Positions 48,931-58,324 are shown, counted from the stretch's first letter. The stretch: 64,000 nucleotides of DNA from an uncultured Gammaproteobacteria bacterium (GCA_964641245.1 CAZXML010000001.1:127959-191958), one strand, 5' to 3'. The notes: generated from the letters alone by a model not told the origin. A program made the numbers and translations.

Positions 48931-50023
48931 TTATTTTTAGCATAAACTGCTTATAACTATTTTCAAAATTTATTTCTTTACTCCATTCCCACCCATTTTT
49001 CTGTAATGTTTCATACAACTCTGAATCATTCAAAATTTGAATTACTTTTTTGGCCAAAATATTCGGCGTGTTAATCTCGCATACTAGTCCTGTTTGATTA
49101 TTTTTAACCGCATCTCGTAAACCATCTACATCATACACCACCGACGGTGTTCCTTGGCTATTTGCTTCGGTAACTATCAATCCCCACCCCTCTTTAACAG
49201 ATGTAACGGCAATCAAATGGGCTTTCTGCATTAATTCTACCTTTTTTTCTTTAGTCACTTTTCCAAGATATTCTATTGAATCTTTATATTTACTATTTTT
49301 TATTATATTCAAAACTTTTTTACCATATTCTCCCTCAACCGCGCCAGCAATAACAAGACGCAGATTAGGTAATTTTTCTTTAGCAATTTCAAAAGATTTA
49401 ATTGTGTGGTGTGTCCTTTTCATTGCCCGGACCGTTCCCAAAGACAAAATGGTCGGCTGATCAAATTTTTTAATACTTAACAAGTCGGAAACCGGCTCAA
49501 TTTCTATTCCTTCGCTGATTATTTGAATGTTCGCGGCTTTAAAACCAAACCGCATTAAATCCTTTTTTGTACTTTCAGAAACAGTTATTACTTTTCTATC
49601 TCGCAAAAGCCATAAATATATCGGCTCAAGTATATATCCGATTATATTCAGCGGAAAAAACATTTCGTAAAACCAAATTTCTCGACATAGCTGATGGACA
49701 AAAAGGATGTTTCTTTCTTTTACGTAAAACTTGGCAAAAAATGGAACCGTATTTATTTCGTCAATTACTAAATCTGCCCAATTTCTTAAATTATTTTGAT
49801 AATATTTAAAAACGTGCCAATAAACACTAAAACGCCCACCCAATCGAACAACTTTATAACCATTTATAAACTCTTCTTTTAAAGCGCCTTTAAAATCACC
49901 GACCAAAAATATTACTTCGTGTCCGTCTTTAACTAATCTTTTGGCCAGCTCTTCATTCACAACTTCTGCGCCTCCTGCCAAGGGATTTTTTCTATCTTTC
50001 CATGTCAACCACAAAATTCTCAT
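48923..50023 (-). CDS. glycosyltransferase family 4 (GT-B, RfaB-like)
   Basis: 'EGWGLIVTEANSQGTPSVVYDVDGLRDAV' is the EX7E region. Confidence 0.75.
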   Translation of the reverse strand: MRILWLTWKDRKNPLAGGAEVVNEELAKRLVKDGHEVIFLVGDFKGALKEEFINGYKVVRLGGRFSVYWHVFKYYQNNLRNWADLVIDEINTVPFFAKFYVKERNILFVHQLCREIWFYEMFFPLNIIGYILEPIYLWLLRDRKVITVSESTKKDLMRFGFKAANIQIISEGIEIEPVSDLLSIKKFDQPTILSLGTVRAMKRTHHTIKSFEIAKEKLPNLRLVIAGAVEGEYGKKVLNIIKNSKYKDSIEYLGKVTKEKKVELMQKAHLIAVTSVKEGWGLIVTEANSQGTPSVVYDVDGLRDAVKNNQTGLVCEINTPNILAKKVIQILNDSELYETLQKNGWEWSKEINFENSYKQFMLKINE

Positions 50024-50028
50024 ACAGA

Positions 50029-50973
50029 TTATTTAAAATTGCTTTTTCGTATAACATAATTCGGGCGATTAGCGACTTCGGTCTTAATAGTAGCAATATA
50101 CATTGCCACCAACCCTACACTGGCCATAATCAAACCAACTAAAAAAAGAATGAGAATGGCCAACTGAGCCGGACCCGTAAAGCTTGAAGCGTAACTATTT
50201 TCAAAAATATATTTGCCAATAAATATATACAAACCAAAGGAACCAAAAATGACGGTTATAAACAAACCAAGATATCCGACAACTTTTAACGGAAACAAAC
50301 TATGTGCAATAAAAGAGCTTAGAGCCAATTTAACCAGCTTAAGTCTACCGTAACTAGCCTCTCCGTTAGCGCGTTCATCGGCATCAAAATTTATATAATC
50401 ACGCTTAAAACCAAGCCAATCAATCAAGCCCCTGGTCATTCTATTATGTTCAGAGAATCGACGAAAAGCCACGACCACCTTTTTATCAAGTAAACGGAAA
50501 TCTGTGGCCTGGGGAGTGATTTTTGTCTCCCCAATTAAGTTCATGATTTTATAAAACACAGCCGAACCGAGCTTCTTTATTAAAGAATCACTTTTGCTTT
50601 TATTCCGAACACCTACCACTACTTCCGCGCCTTGTTGCCAGCGCTCAATAAATTCCGGAATTATCCTTACTGGATGTTGAAGATCGGCATCAATCATAAT
50701 TATTGCGTCACCATCGGCCATATCTAACCCGGCAGATGTCGCTGACTCTTTGCCGAAGTTTTTAGAAAATTGAATATATTTAACCCTCTTATTATCTTTT
50801 GCTAATTCTTCTAAAATACTACCAGAATTATCTGTACTGCCATCATCTATAAAAATAGTCTCCCAATTATATTTAGGTAAAGTCGCCATAACATCACTGA
50901 TATGGGCGTATATTAGTGGTATGTTAGACTCTTCGTTAAAAACTGGAACGAGTATTGAGATTTTTTTTGACAT
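50029..50973 (-). CDS. polyprenyl-phosphate glycosyltransferase (GT2; DPM1/ArnC/GtrB-like) with C-terminal TM helices
   Basis: 'ISILVPVFNEE', 'IDDGSTDNS' and 'IMIDADLQHP', plus two C-terminal TM helices. Confidence 0.75.
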   Translation of the reverse strand: MSKKISILVPVFNEESNIPLIYAHISDVMATLPKYNWETIFIDDGSTDNSGSILEELAKDNKRVKYIQFSKNFGKESATSAGLDMADGDAIIMIDADLQHPVRIIPEFIERWQQGAEVVVGVRNKSKSDSLIKKLGSAVFYKIMNLIGETKITPQATDFRLLDKKVVVAFRRFSEHNRMTRGLIDWLGFKRDYINFDADERANGEASYGRLKLVKLALSSFIAHSLFPLKVVGYLGLFITVIFGSFGLYIFIGKYIFENSYASSFTGPAQLAILILFLVGLIMASVGLVAMYIATIKTEVANRPNYVIRKSNFK

Positions 50974-52195
50974 ATACGATAAATAAAAATATCACTATTA
51001 ACACACTACCAAACAAGAAATTATTGATTATTGATCCAATACTGTCGTGGTTAAAGTATGAAAGGACCAAGACTGCCACTGAGCTGACAATAGAAATTGG
51101 CGCTAAAAAGTAACTGCGGAGCGCTTGGAAGTATGAGAAAAATAAATTAAGCACTGATACAACAAACAGCAAAAGGCTTAATTTAGGCAAATATGGTGCC
51201 AGGGCTAGGTACTTTGTTCCAATTAAAGAACGGACTATAATAGCAGGAAATGCCCAAAAAGTCAATAGTACTAGGCTACCAAGACAAAACACCAAAATAA
51301 AGGCTTTCTTTAGGATTTTTTTATTATTACTCTCCTCCCCCAATTTAATTGACGGCAGCAACACCCCGGCAACCGAAGCAGTAACAAAAAAGACTATGCG
51401 CGCTATCGTGGCGATACCACTATAAACACCGGCAATATCCGGTGGGAAATAGTGTTTTATAATTATTACATCCGCAGAATAGAAAAAGGTAATACAGAGG
51501 GTGGATATAAATATAAGAAGCCCGTATTTGAGCTCCTTTTTAATTCTACTGCTTATTTTAACTTTGCGACTATCAAACATTCCCCAATGATGCTTGGTTT
51601 TATAAAGCGCATACCCCAAAGCAACTATTTGGGCCAAAATCAAACCGGAAACAGCGCCAAAAGCCGAAAAACCAAGATACACCAAAGCGGTGGCAAACAT
51701 GACCCTACCGCCAGACATTATAATATTGGAAATAGACAAAGATTTGAAATCTTTCAATCCTTGCAGAATAGCCTGGCGAAAAGACAAAGAAAGGGTAAAA
51801 ATAAACAAAACCGCCAAGGCGATAAACGGATAAATAGAAGTAAAATTAAAAAATGTTTTTAATTGCGGACTAAAAATAACCACCAAAAAAGAAATAGACA
51901 AAATGATATAAAAACTAAACTTCTCAAGCATTAAGATTGCTTCCTTGTCTTTCTCCATCTCCGAAGCATTGGAAGCGATATTAATGACTATATTTCTAAA
52001 TACGCCGGTAAATATTGCAAGGATGAGCGAAAGAGATAATATCGCTTGCACCTCACCAAAGCTTTCTACGTCCATCATTCTCCCTAATACCGGATGAAAA
52101 AGGTAATTTAAAAAAGCTACCAGCATGGAGCCGATAAAAAAAATAAAGTTATGTTTGATAAATTGATCGGAGGAGATTCTCTTGATTATATTCAT
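50936..52195 (-). CDS. oligosaccharide/polysaccharide flippase (Wzx/MOP-superfamily-like)
   Basis: About 12 TM helices and 419 aa. Lies in the glycan locus. Confidence 0.5.
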   Translation of the reverse strand: MNIIKRISSDQFIKHNFIFFIGSMLVAFLNYLFHPVLGRMMDVESFGEVQAILSLSLILAIFTGVFRNIVINIASNASEMEKDKEAILMLEKFSFYIILSISFLVVIFSPQLKTFFNFTSIYPFIALAVLFIFTLSLSFRQAILQGLKDFKSLSISNIIMSGGRVMFATALVYLGFSAFGAVSGLILAQIVALGYALYKTKHHWGMFDSRKVKISSRIKKELKYGLLIFISTLCITFFYSADVIIIKHYFPPDIAGVYSGIATIARIVFFVTASVAGVLLPSIKLGEESNNKKILKKAFILVFCLGSLVLLTFWAFPAIIVRSLIGTKYLALAPYLPKLSLLLFVVSVLNLFFSYFQALRSYFLAPISIVSSVAVLVLSYFNHDSIGSIINNFLFGSVLIVIFLFIVYVKKNLNTRSSF

Positions 52196-52274
52196 ACTTG
52201 ACTAGGTACTTTTGTTGTCATTATAGCAATAATTTATCGTAATGTATAGTAAATTACAGAAAAAATTATTTTCG

Positions 52275-53948
52275 TCAATTCCCGTCCAACCCCCTCGCCT
52301 CTTCTCTGCTCTCCACCAATCCCAACCGCACCAAACGCGCTTCTATTCCGCTTTTTTTACGGCCCAGGGTTTCGGCTATTATAGAAAGGAGTGTTTTTTT
52401 GGAAAAAAGTATTTTTAGAATTTCGTCTTGTTCTTCGGTCCACGAACGAAAAGCGTTAGGGTGTTTTTCGCGAATTTTGTCAAAACTGCGATCTTTGCCT
52501 TTATTTTTTTTCATGGGTATAGATCCCTCGTCGGCTAAGGCCTCGCTCGGGATGACAGCGGTGGGAGGGATGACAGATGGTGGGATAACAACAGTGCCAC
52601 TGCATGCTTTTACAAAATTGTTGTGCATTTTTTGTAATTCAGCGGGTGGAATTTCGGCAAAGGCGGTTAAGGCGGCTTCGGAGCTGGCGCGGAATACACC
52701 GTCTTCTTTTAAAACATCCGGATGAACCTGAAACGCGCGTTCGTTCCAGCCGAGCAGATGCAGGCCTTTTAGGCGACGAACGCGGGAAAGCGCCACATAA
52801 CCCTGGCCAAACTCAAAAACTCCGCTCAAGTCCACGACCGCTTCATCCAAACTCATCCCCTGGCTTTTGTGAACCGTAATTGCCCAGGCTAAACGCAGAG
52901 GCAATTGTGAAATTTTGGCGCGCGATTTTCCATTTTCGTCTATACTCCAATCCATTTTTTCTACGGTAATTTTCCGGCCGTCGTTGGTTTTTACAATCGG
53001 CATGCCGATATACTTATCAAAACTTTCCACCGTGCCCAGCGTGCCGTTTACATAACCCTCTTTAGGATTATTTTTGGTAAACATTATTTTTGCGCCTTCT
53101 TTTAAAACTAAATTATACGGAGAAAGACATCCTCTCTGCAATGTTTCCACCAACCCGGGAGCGCCCTTAGATGTCATGATGTATGTTACGGGGTGTCCGG
53201 AAAAAGTTTCCAACATGGCGTCATTGGTGCGGTCAACATTTATGTTATGCGTATAAAGTTTCACCGCTTTGTCCGGCGCGTCATCAGCCAAAATTTTTCG
53301 GCTTTCTAGTTGCGCTAAATGGTTTTCATTAAAATTATTGGAGCGGATTGCCGAAAGTAAATTTAAAAACTTACTGTCATCCTGACGATGCTGTTCGGTA
53401 AGATAACAAACCATTGGATTCGCTCTTTTCCAGGCCGGAGAATCATAGGCAAACCGCGCTATTGGAGTATTAAACATTTCAGTTTGATCATCCCGACTTG
53501 CTACGCTTTTCGTTATTGGTGGTAACTGAAAAAAATCCCCTACCAAAATAACCTGTAACCCGCCAAAGGCATCGTTGTTTTGTCTGATACTCCGGCACAC
53601 GGCCTCTACCATAGAAAAAGTATCGGGGCCGAGCATTGATACTTCGTCTATCACCAAAACTTTTGCGCGGCGAACGCGTTTAACCAAATATTCGGTAGAA
53701 GAAATTTTATCTAACTCATACCTATCCAAATACGGTTTGATTCCAATCCCACTCCACGAATGAATTGTCATCCCGCCAATATGAGTAGCCGCGATGCCCG
53801 TGGAAGCCGTAATGGAAGGCTCTATCCCCCGCGCGCGCAAATAATCCGCGTACTGATTTATAGTATGCGTCTTGCCCGCTCCCGGTTCTCCGGTTAAAAA
53901 AACATTGGCGCCGGTTTTAAGTATGTCCAGCGCTTCCTTCTGATTCAT
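52275..53948 (-). CDS. PIF1/RecD-family (AAA_30) DNA helicase with a C-terminal HTH-like domain and an in-frame repeat insertion in the linker
   Basis: 'LTGEPGAGKTHTI', 'VLVIDEVSM', 'VGDFFQLPP' and 'TVHKSQGMSLD'. The linker 'VVIPPSVIPPTAVIPSEALADEGSIP' is encoded by the repeat. Confidence 0.75.
   Translation of the reverse strand: MNQKEALDILKTGANVFLTGEPGAGKTHTINQYADYLRARGIEPSITASTGIAATHIGGMTIHSWSGIGIKPYLDRYELDKISSTEYLVKRVRRAKVLVIDEVSMLGPDTFSMVEAVCRSIRQNNDAFGGLQVILVGDFFQLPPITKSVASRDDQTEMFNTPIARFAYDSPAWKRANPMVCYLTEQHRQDDSKFLNLLSAIRSNNFNENHLAQLESRKILADDAPDKAVKLYTHNINVDRTNDAMLETFSGHPVTYIMTSKGAPGLVETLQRGCLSPYNLVLKEGAKIMFTKNNPKEGYVNGTLGTVESFDKYIGMPIVKTNDGRKITVEKMDWSIDENGKSRAKISQLPLRLAWAITVHKSQGMSLDEAVVDLSGVFEFGQGYVALSRVRRLKGLHLLGWNERAFQVHPDVLKEDGVFRASSEAALTAFAEIPPAELQKMHNNFVKACSGTVVIPPSVIPPTAVIPSEALADEGSIPMKKNKGKDRSFDKIREKHPNAFRSWTEEQDEILKILFSKKTLLSIIAETLGRKKSGIEARLVRLGLVESREEARGLDGN
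52521..52590. repeat. GTCATCC-family repeat unit plus degenerate tandem partial copies, in frame within the helicase gene
   Basis: 52521-52557 is identical to 33197-33233. It is followed by 'gcggtgggagggatgacagatggtgggataaca', a reiteration of the gggatgaca terminus. Confidence 0.75.
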
Positions 53949-53988
53949 AAATATATAAATCTGAACTTATTTATAAGTTGCCGCTTTA

Positions 53989-54180
53989 TTATTCTCCCCA
54001 CGAAATTGCCTGGGTCGGGCAAGAATTAATTGCTGTTTCAATTGTGGCCTCATCGTCGCCAACCTCGTCTAAAACCAACGCTTTTGTGCTATCGTCGGTC
54101 ATTTTAAATGTTTTGGCGGCAATGGACGGACAAAGACTGCAACCGATGCACTTATCCGCGTCTACTTTTGGTATTTTCAT
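53989..54180 (-). CDS. small 4Fe-4S ferredoxin
   Basis: 63 aa, with 'CIGCSLCPSIA' and a distal 'CP'. Confidence 0.7.
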   Translation of the reverse strand: MKIPKVDADKCIGCSLCPSIAAKTFKMTDDSTKALVLDEVGDDEATIETAINSCPTQAISWGE

Positions 54181-54182
54181 AA

Positions 54183-54263
54183 GCGAAATGAGTGAATAAA
54201 ATAGTTAGTTTACTAAAATATTTTTGAGCGAATGAGTTTATATGCGGCAAAGCCCCTATAAAA
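54183..54263 (-). promoter_or_regulatory. conserved upstream/leader module, copy 2, abutting the ferredoxin start
   Basis: See 25027-25114. The two copies are collinear at about 75% identity and sit at the same distance from their start codons. Confidence 0.4.
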
Positions 54264-54593
54264 TTATATTAAATGACTCAAAATATCCTCTTTTAATGTT
54301 TTGTCCAGATTGGCTTTTTTTTCTTCCGTTGTCGGAGGTGTATTACCGGCGGCCTCGGAAATTTTTTCCATTACCGTTCGTTTCTCTGCGCCCAAAATAA
54401 GATTATTGTTCACCAATAAGTTGGGCCCAAAATCACAACAGCCGAGACACCCGCAAAAATCTAAATCGTATTCGGCGTTTTTGTTGCCGACTTTGAGACC
54501 GGTCGATTGTTCTATTTCCTGCATAATACTTGCCGAACCTTTTTTAGCGCAGGAAGTATTAGAGCAAACACGTACTATTATTTGTTCATTCAT
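54264..54593 (-). CDS. thioredoxin-like [2Fe-2S] ferredoxin (NuoE-like fold)
   Basis: 'CSNTSC' and 'CGCLGCC' cysteine pairs. Confidence 0.5.
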   Translation of the reverse strand: MNEQIIVRVCSNTSCAKKGSASIMQEIEQSTGLKVGNKNAEYDLDFCGCLGCCDFGPNLLVNNNLILGAEKRTVMEKISEAAGNTPPTTEEKKANLDKTLKEDILSHLI

Positions 54594-54598
54594 ATATA

Positions 54599-55795
54599 TT
54601 ATCTGGAAATTGAGCGTTGTTGAGCTACGATTAAAGGTAAATACTTCATTAAATAATCAATATCTTGTTTGGTATTGCAATGACCTAGAGTAAAACGTAA
54701 ACTACCGCGCGCTTGGTCCGTTGGCAGTCCCAATGCTTTTAAAACATGGGACGGCTCTAATGATTGAGCGGCGCAGGCCGAACCGGTGGAACACATAATT
54801 CCGTATTCATCCAAATACAACAACAAGGCCTCCCCTTCCGTTCCGGAAAAACTCACATTTAAATTATTGGCCAGTCTTTGTGAACCGATTTCCGGACCGT
54901 TTAATTTAACTTGAGGAACTTCTTTTTTAATTTTATCCCAAAGATATTTCACCAGACCAGCCAGTCGCTTTGATTCTTTTTCTTTGTTTAATTGAACCAA
55001 TTCCAGCGCTTTGGCCAGACCAACTATACCCGGAATATTTTCCGTGCCAGCGCGAAGTTTTCGTTCCTGATCGCCACCCAAAATTAACGGCTTGAGTGTC
55101 ACACCCCGTCGCGCGTAAAGCGCGCCCACGCCTTTTGGCCCGTAAATTTTACCGCCGTTTATGGTCATTAAATCCACATGAAGTTTTTCTACGTCTAAAT
55201 CCAGATAACCGGCCGCTTGGCACGCATCGGTATGAAAAAAAGGATAGACTGTTTTGTGTTCTTTGCGATATTGTAAAATCGCGCGCCCAATTTCCGCTAT
55301 TGGTTCAATGACGCCAATTTCGTTATTGGCATACATTATGGAAATTAAAACCGTGTCCGGACGGATAGCCTTAATTACATCTTCAACATTTACCACACCT
55401 TCACCATTCACCCGCACGTAAGTTATTTCCCAGCCCTGTTTTTTTAAATCTTCCAGAGGGTTAAGTACGGCGCTGTGTTCTATGGCAATGGAAATAATAT
55501 GCTTGCCGCGCTGTTTATGAGCGTTGGCAATTCCGAATAGCGCCATATTATCCGACTCGGTCCCGCTACCGGTAAAAATAATATTTTCAGGCAAGGCGCC
55601 AATTTGTTTGGCCACAATACGCCGACTTTCATTTAGCGCGTTATTGGCCTTTACACCTTCCTTATATAAAGAAGAAGGATTACCGTAAATTTTTGTAAAA
55701 TACGGTTGCATTGCCGAAAGAATCCGCGGATCCATATAAGTGGTAGCCGCGTGGTCTAAATAAACACTCTTAATTTTTTTTGGTTTTGGGAGCAC
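54599..55795 (-). CDS. cysteine desulfurase (class V aminotransferase, NifS/IscS-like)
   Basis: 'IYLDHAATT', PLP-Lys region 'INGGKIYGPKG' and active-site 'SGSACA'. Confidence 0.85.
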   Translation of the reverse strand: MLPKPKKIKSVYLDHAATTYMDPRILSAMQPYFTKIYGNPSSLYKEGVKANNALNESRRIVAKQIGALPENIIFTGSGTESDNMALFGIANAHKQRGKHIISIAIEHSAVLNPLEDLKKQGWEITYVRVNGEGVVNVEDVIKAIRPDTVLISIMYANNEIGVIEPIAEIGRAILQYRKEHKTVYPFFHTDACQAAGYLDLDVEKLHVDLMTINGGKIYGPKGVGALYARRGVTLKPLILGGDQERKLRAGTENIPGIVGLAKALELVQLNKEKESKRLAGLVKYLWDKIKKEVPQVKLNGPEIGSQRLANNLNVSFSGTEGEALLLYLDEYGIMCSTGSACAAQSLEPSHVLKALGLPTDQARGSLRFTLGHCNTKQDIDYLMKYLPLIVAQQRSISR

Positions 55796-55797
55796 AC

Positions 55798-56187
55798 TTA
55801 AATTTTTACTTTCTGCATCATCTTAATCATTTCTTTGTTCAGTTTTGTGGTAATTTTTTGGACATTACAATTTTTATTTGCATTATTGCAGGCGCATTCA
55901 GTCTTACTCAAGCATGGAGTAATAACTAATTCACCTTCCATGATCTCAAAAACTTTATAAAGATTAAGTTTCTTTGCCGGCTTGATTAGACGGTAGCCGC
56001 CGTTTACCCCCTGTTCGGCTTCTATAATACCGGCCAGATTTAATTTACGGGCTATTTTTTGCAAAAACCAAAACGAAATTCCGGATTTTTTGGAAAAATC
56101 CCGAAGACTGACAAAGTTTGTATTCTTTGAATTTAGCGATTGCAGTAATTGGACCGCATAATCCGTTTCTCTTTTTAATGCGAACAT
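55798..56187 (-). CDS. Rrf2-family (IscR-like) transcriptional regulator
   Basis: wHTH N-terminus 'ALKRETDYAVQLLQSL'. C-terminal Cys cluster 'CLSKTECACNNANKNC'. Confidence 0.7.
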   Translation of the reverse strand: MFALKRETDYAVQLLQSLNSKNTNFVSLRDFSKKSGISFWFLQKIARKLNLAGIIEAEQGVNGGYRLIKPAKKLNLYKVFEIMEGELVITPCLSKTECACNNANKNCNVQKITTKLNKEMIKMMQKVKI

Positions 56188-56189
56188 AG

Positions 56190-56260
56190 ATGTGAATTAG
56201 CAATTAACAACGAACAATGAGCAATCGATTGTTTCTTGTTAATTGTTAGTTGTTAATTAA
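56190..56260. promoter_or_regulatory. long imperfect palindrome in the rrf2-nifS upstream region (candidate operator)
   Basis: 'caattaacaacgaacaat' ... 'attgtttcttgttaattg' match at 16 of 18 positions as an inverted repeat, flanked by TTAATTG reiterations. Confidence 0.4.
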
Positions 56261-56261
56261 A

Positions 56262-56852
56262 CTAGAACGGAAGGGTCAAGTTTATATTCTTTTTTGCGGT
56301 AGAATTTTTGTTATCAGATTCGGGGTCAAAGTTGACGGCGAACGGAACAATTTCTCCGACTAAATTCTGATAAAATAACTGTTTGTTGTTCTTGCCGAAT
56401 TCGTAAATTTCTTTGGTTACTTTTACATCCTGTTCGCAATATTTTTTTATCTCGTCTATTTTTCCTTCCTTCCACCAGCGGATGGCCTGCAAACCGTCCG
56501 CGCTTTTTTCCATATCCAAAGTGGCCATGGCGATGGAATTTAATTTTAGGCGGATGCCAACACTTTCTTTTACCTTCTTCATGATATCCAAATGGCTGAT
56601 GACAGATAAATCTCCCAAATAATAATTATGTAAAATCGGTAGGTCAAAATGTTCGCTGTTGTAACCGATTATGCGGTCGGCTTTTTCCAGAATTGGCCAC
56701 AATTTATTTAATTCATTTTCTTCAAAACTGGTATATGTGTCGGTGACGTACTGATAAATGGAAACGCACGAAATTTTGAATTTCTTAAAATCATTATCCA
56801 CATCCGCAAATGTGTTTTGTGTTTCAATATCAAAAACTATTTCATTGAGCAT
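56262..56852 (-). CDS. DEDDy-type 3'-5' exonuclease domain protein
   Basis: 'VFDIETQ' is Exo I, 'GYNSEHFDLPIL' is Exo II and 'YCEQDVKVT' is Exo III with Tyr. Confidence 0.5.
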   Translation of the reverse strand: MLNEIVFDIETQNTFADVDNDFKKFKISCVSIYQYVTDTYTSFEENELNKLWPILEKADRIIGYNSEHFDLPILHNYYLGDLSVISHLDIMKKVKESVGIRLKLNSIAMATLDMEKSADGLQAIRWWKEGKIDEIKKYCEQDVKVTKEIYEFGKNNKQLFYQNLVGEIVPFAVNFDPESDNKNSTAKKNINLTLPF

Positions 56853-56891
56853 AAAAATAGATTACACGGATTTTTAACGGATTTCGCGGAT

Positions 56892-56971
56892 TTGTCATCC
56901 TGAATGAAATGAAGGATCTCTGTCTCAATCGCGAAATGGACAGAGATTCTTCGTTTTGCTCAGAATGACAA
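56892..56971. repeat. inverted pair of GTCATCC-family repeats with a central 8-bp-stem hairpin, between thiI and the exonuclease gene
   Basis: Left unit 'ttgtcatcctgaatgaaatgaaggatct'. Centre TCTCTGTC...GACAGAGA. Right unit 'attcttcgttttgctcagaatgacaa'. Confidence 0.6.
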
Positions 56972-58150
56972 CTAACACGGACTTACAGAACCACCGCTTA
57001 CATTATAAGAAATAACTTCGGTTTTATCGATTATGGATTCGTCAATCAGCCCTTCGTATTTTAAAACATCTTTTAGTCTGGCCTTTGTTTCCGGGTGCTT
57101 AGCCACAAATAAACTGCAACAATCTTCGTAAGGGCGGGCGGAAATATCCAGGGTGCCGATTTTACGGGCAAGATCTATTATATCTTTTTTATTTGTTCCT
57201 ATCAACGGTGACAGTTTTAACAATTCCGTGGCATTGGCAATAACGGCCATGTTCTCCAGAGTTTGCGAAGCCACCTGGCCTAAGCTATCGCCGTTTACTA
57301 ACGCCAGACAATGATTTTGGCGGGCAACTTTTTCGGCGATTTTATTAAATATCCGGCGCGTCACTATCATGCGGTATGGCGCCGGAACCTTCATAATAAT
57401 TTGTTTTTGAACTTCAGCAAACGAAACCATAAATAATTTTATCTCGGGCTGGTAGTTGGATAAAACTTTCGCCAAATCAAATATTTTTTCGCTTACCGCT
57501 TCGGTAACTTGAGTTTGATTTTGAAAATGAATCAGGCTTGCTTCCCCGCCCCGGCACATTATTTTGTATGCCGCCACCGGGCTGTCTATGCCGCCGGATA
57601 ACAAAGCCAGCACTTTGCCGGATGAACCTGCAGGCAATCCGCCGGCGGCGTTTTGCGTATTACCATAAATACAAGTTTCGGTTTTGCCGACGGAAATATG
57701 AATATTCAAATCCGGATTATTTAAAGAAACCTGCCAGTTATATTTTACGCGCGCGTATTCCCCGATTTCTTTGGCTATTTCGCCGGATGAAAGTGGGAAG
57801 TTTTTAAATGAACGTTCGGCGGAGATGCGGAAGGACAGCGCCTCGGCAACTCCCTCTCGCTCCCTCTTGGTAAGAGGGAGATTGTGACCGAACAATTCGT
57901 CTACTCCTTTTTTTATATCCTCAATCGTGGATTTTGTTTTTATAGCTTCGGAGTAATTGGCAAAACCTGGAATTAGGGATAATTGCGACATTTGCTCCGC
58001 CTGAATATTTTCCAGCCATAAGCCCCCCTCTACTCTGACAACCCGAACACCCGATAACAGATTTTCGAAATTATTCTTAAGATGACGATAAAAAAGGGGC
58101 TGATTAGAGCCCTTCAAGAATATCTCGTCTATGTGGATAATTACATTCAT
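56972..58150 (-). CDS. thiI: tRNA 4-thiouridine synthase ThiI (THUMP + PP-loop)
   Basis: PP-loop 'ALLSGGIDSPVAAY' with an N-terminal THUMP-like region. Confidence 0.8.
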   Translation of the reverse strand: MNVIIHIDEIFLKGSNQPLFYRHLKNNFENLLSGVRVVRVEGGLWLENIQAEQMSQLSLIPGFANYSEAIKTKSTIEDIKKGVDELFGHNLPLTKREREGVAEALSFRISAERSFKNFPLSSGEIAKEIGEYARVKYNWQVSLNNPDLNIHISVGKTETCIYGNTQNAAGGLPAGSSGKVLALLSGGIDSPVAAYKIMCRGGEASLIHFQNQTQVTEAVSEKIFDLAKVLSNYQPEIKLFMVSFAEVQKQIIMKVPAPYRMIVTRRIFNKIAEKVARQNHCLALVNGDSLGQVASQTLENMAVIANATELLKLSPLIGTNKKDIIDLARKIGTLDISARPYEDCCSLFVAKHPETKARLKDVLKYEGLIDESIIDKTEVISYNVSGGSVSPC

Positions 58151-58201
58151 AGCGTCTCAAATGTCAAGCTGAATTTATTTCAGCATCTATAATGTCCGCG
58201 C

Positions 58202-58229
58202 AGATCCTGAAACAAGTTCAGGATGACAA
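58202..58229. repeat. solo GTCATCC-family repeat unit, reverse orientation
   Basis: 'agatcctgaaacaagttcaggatgacaa' is the reverse complement of 35639-35666, a 28/28 match. Confidence 0.7.
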
Positions 58230-58295
58230 TCATACCTATTTAGTCTTATTTTATTTGTATTCTACAGTATTTTTGAAATTTGTAAAGCGCGGGTA

Positions 58296-58324
58296 TTGAC
58301 TTTTAAACCAAATCCGAGTAGCAT
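58296..58324 (+). promoter_or_regulatory. candidate promoter TTGACT-17-TAGCAT, followed by a strong SD (aaaggagg) for the 58348 gene
   Basis: Hexamers at 58296-58301 and 58319-58324. The SD lies at 58335-58342. Confidence 0.4.
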
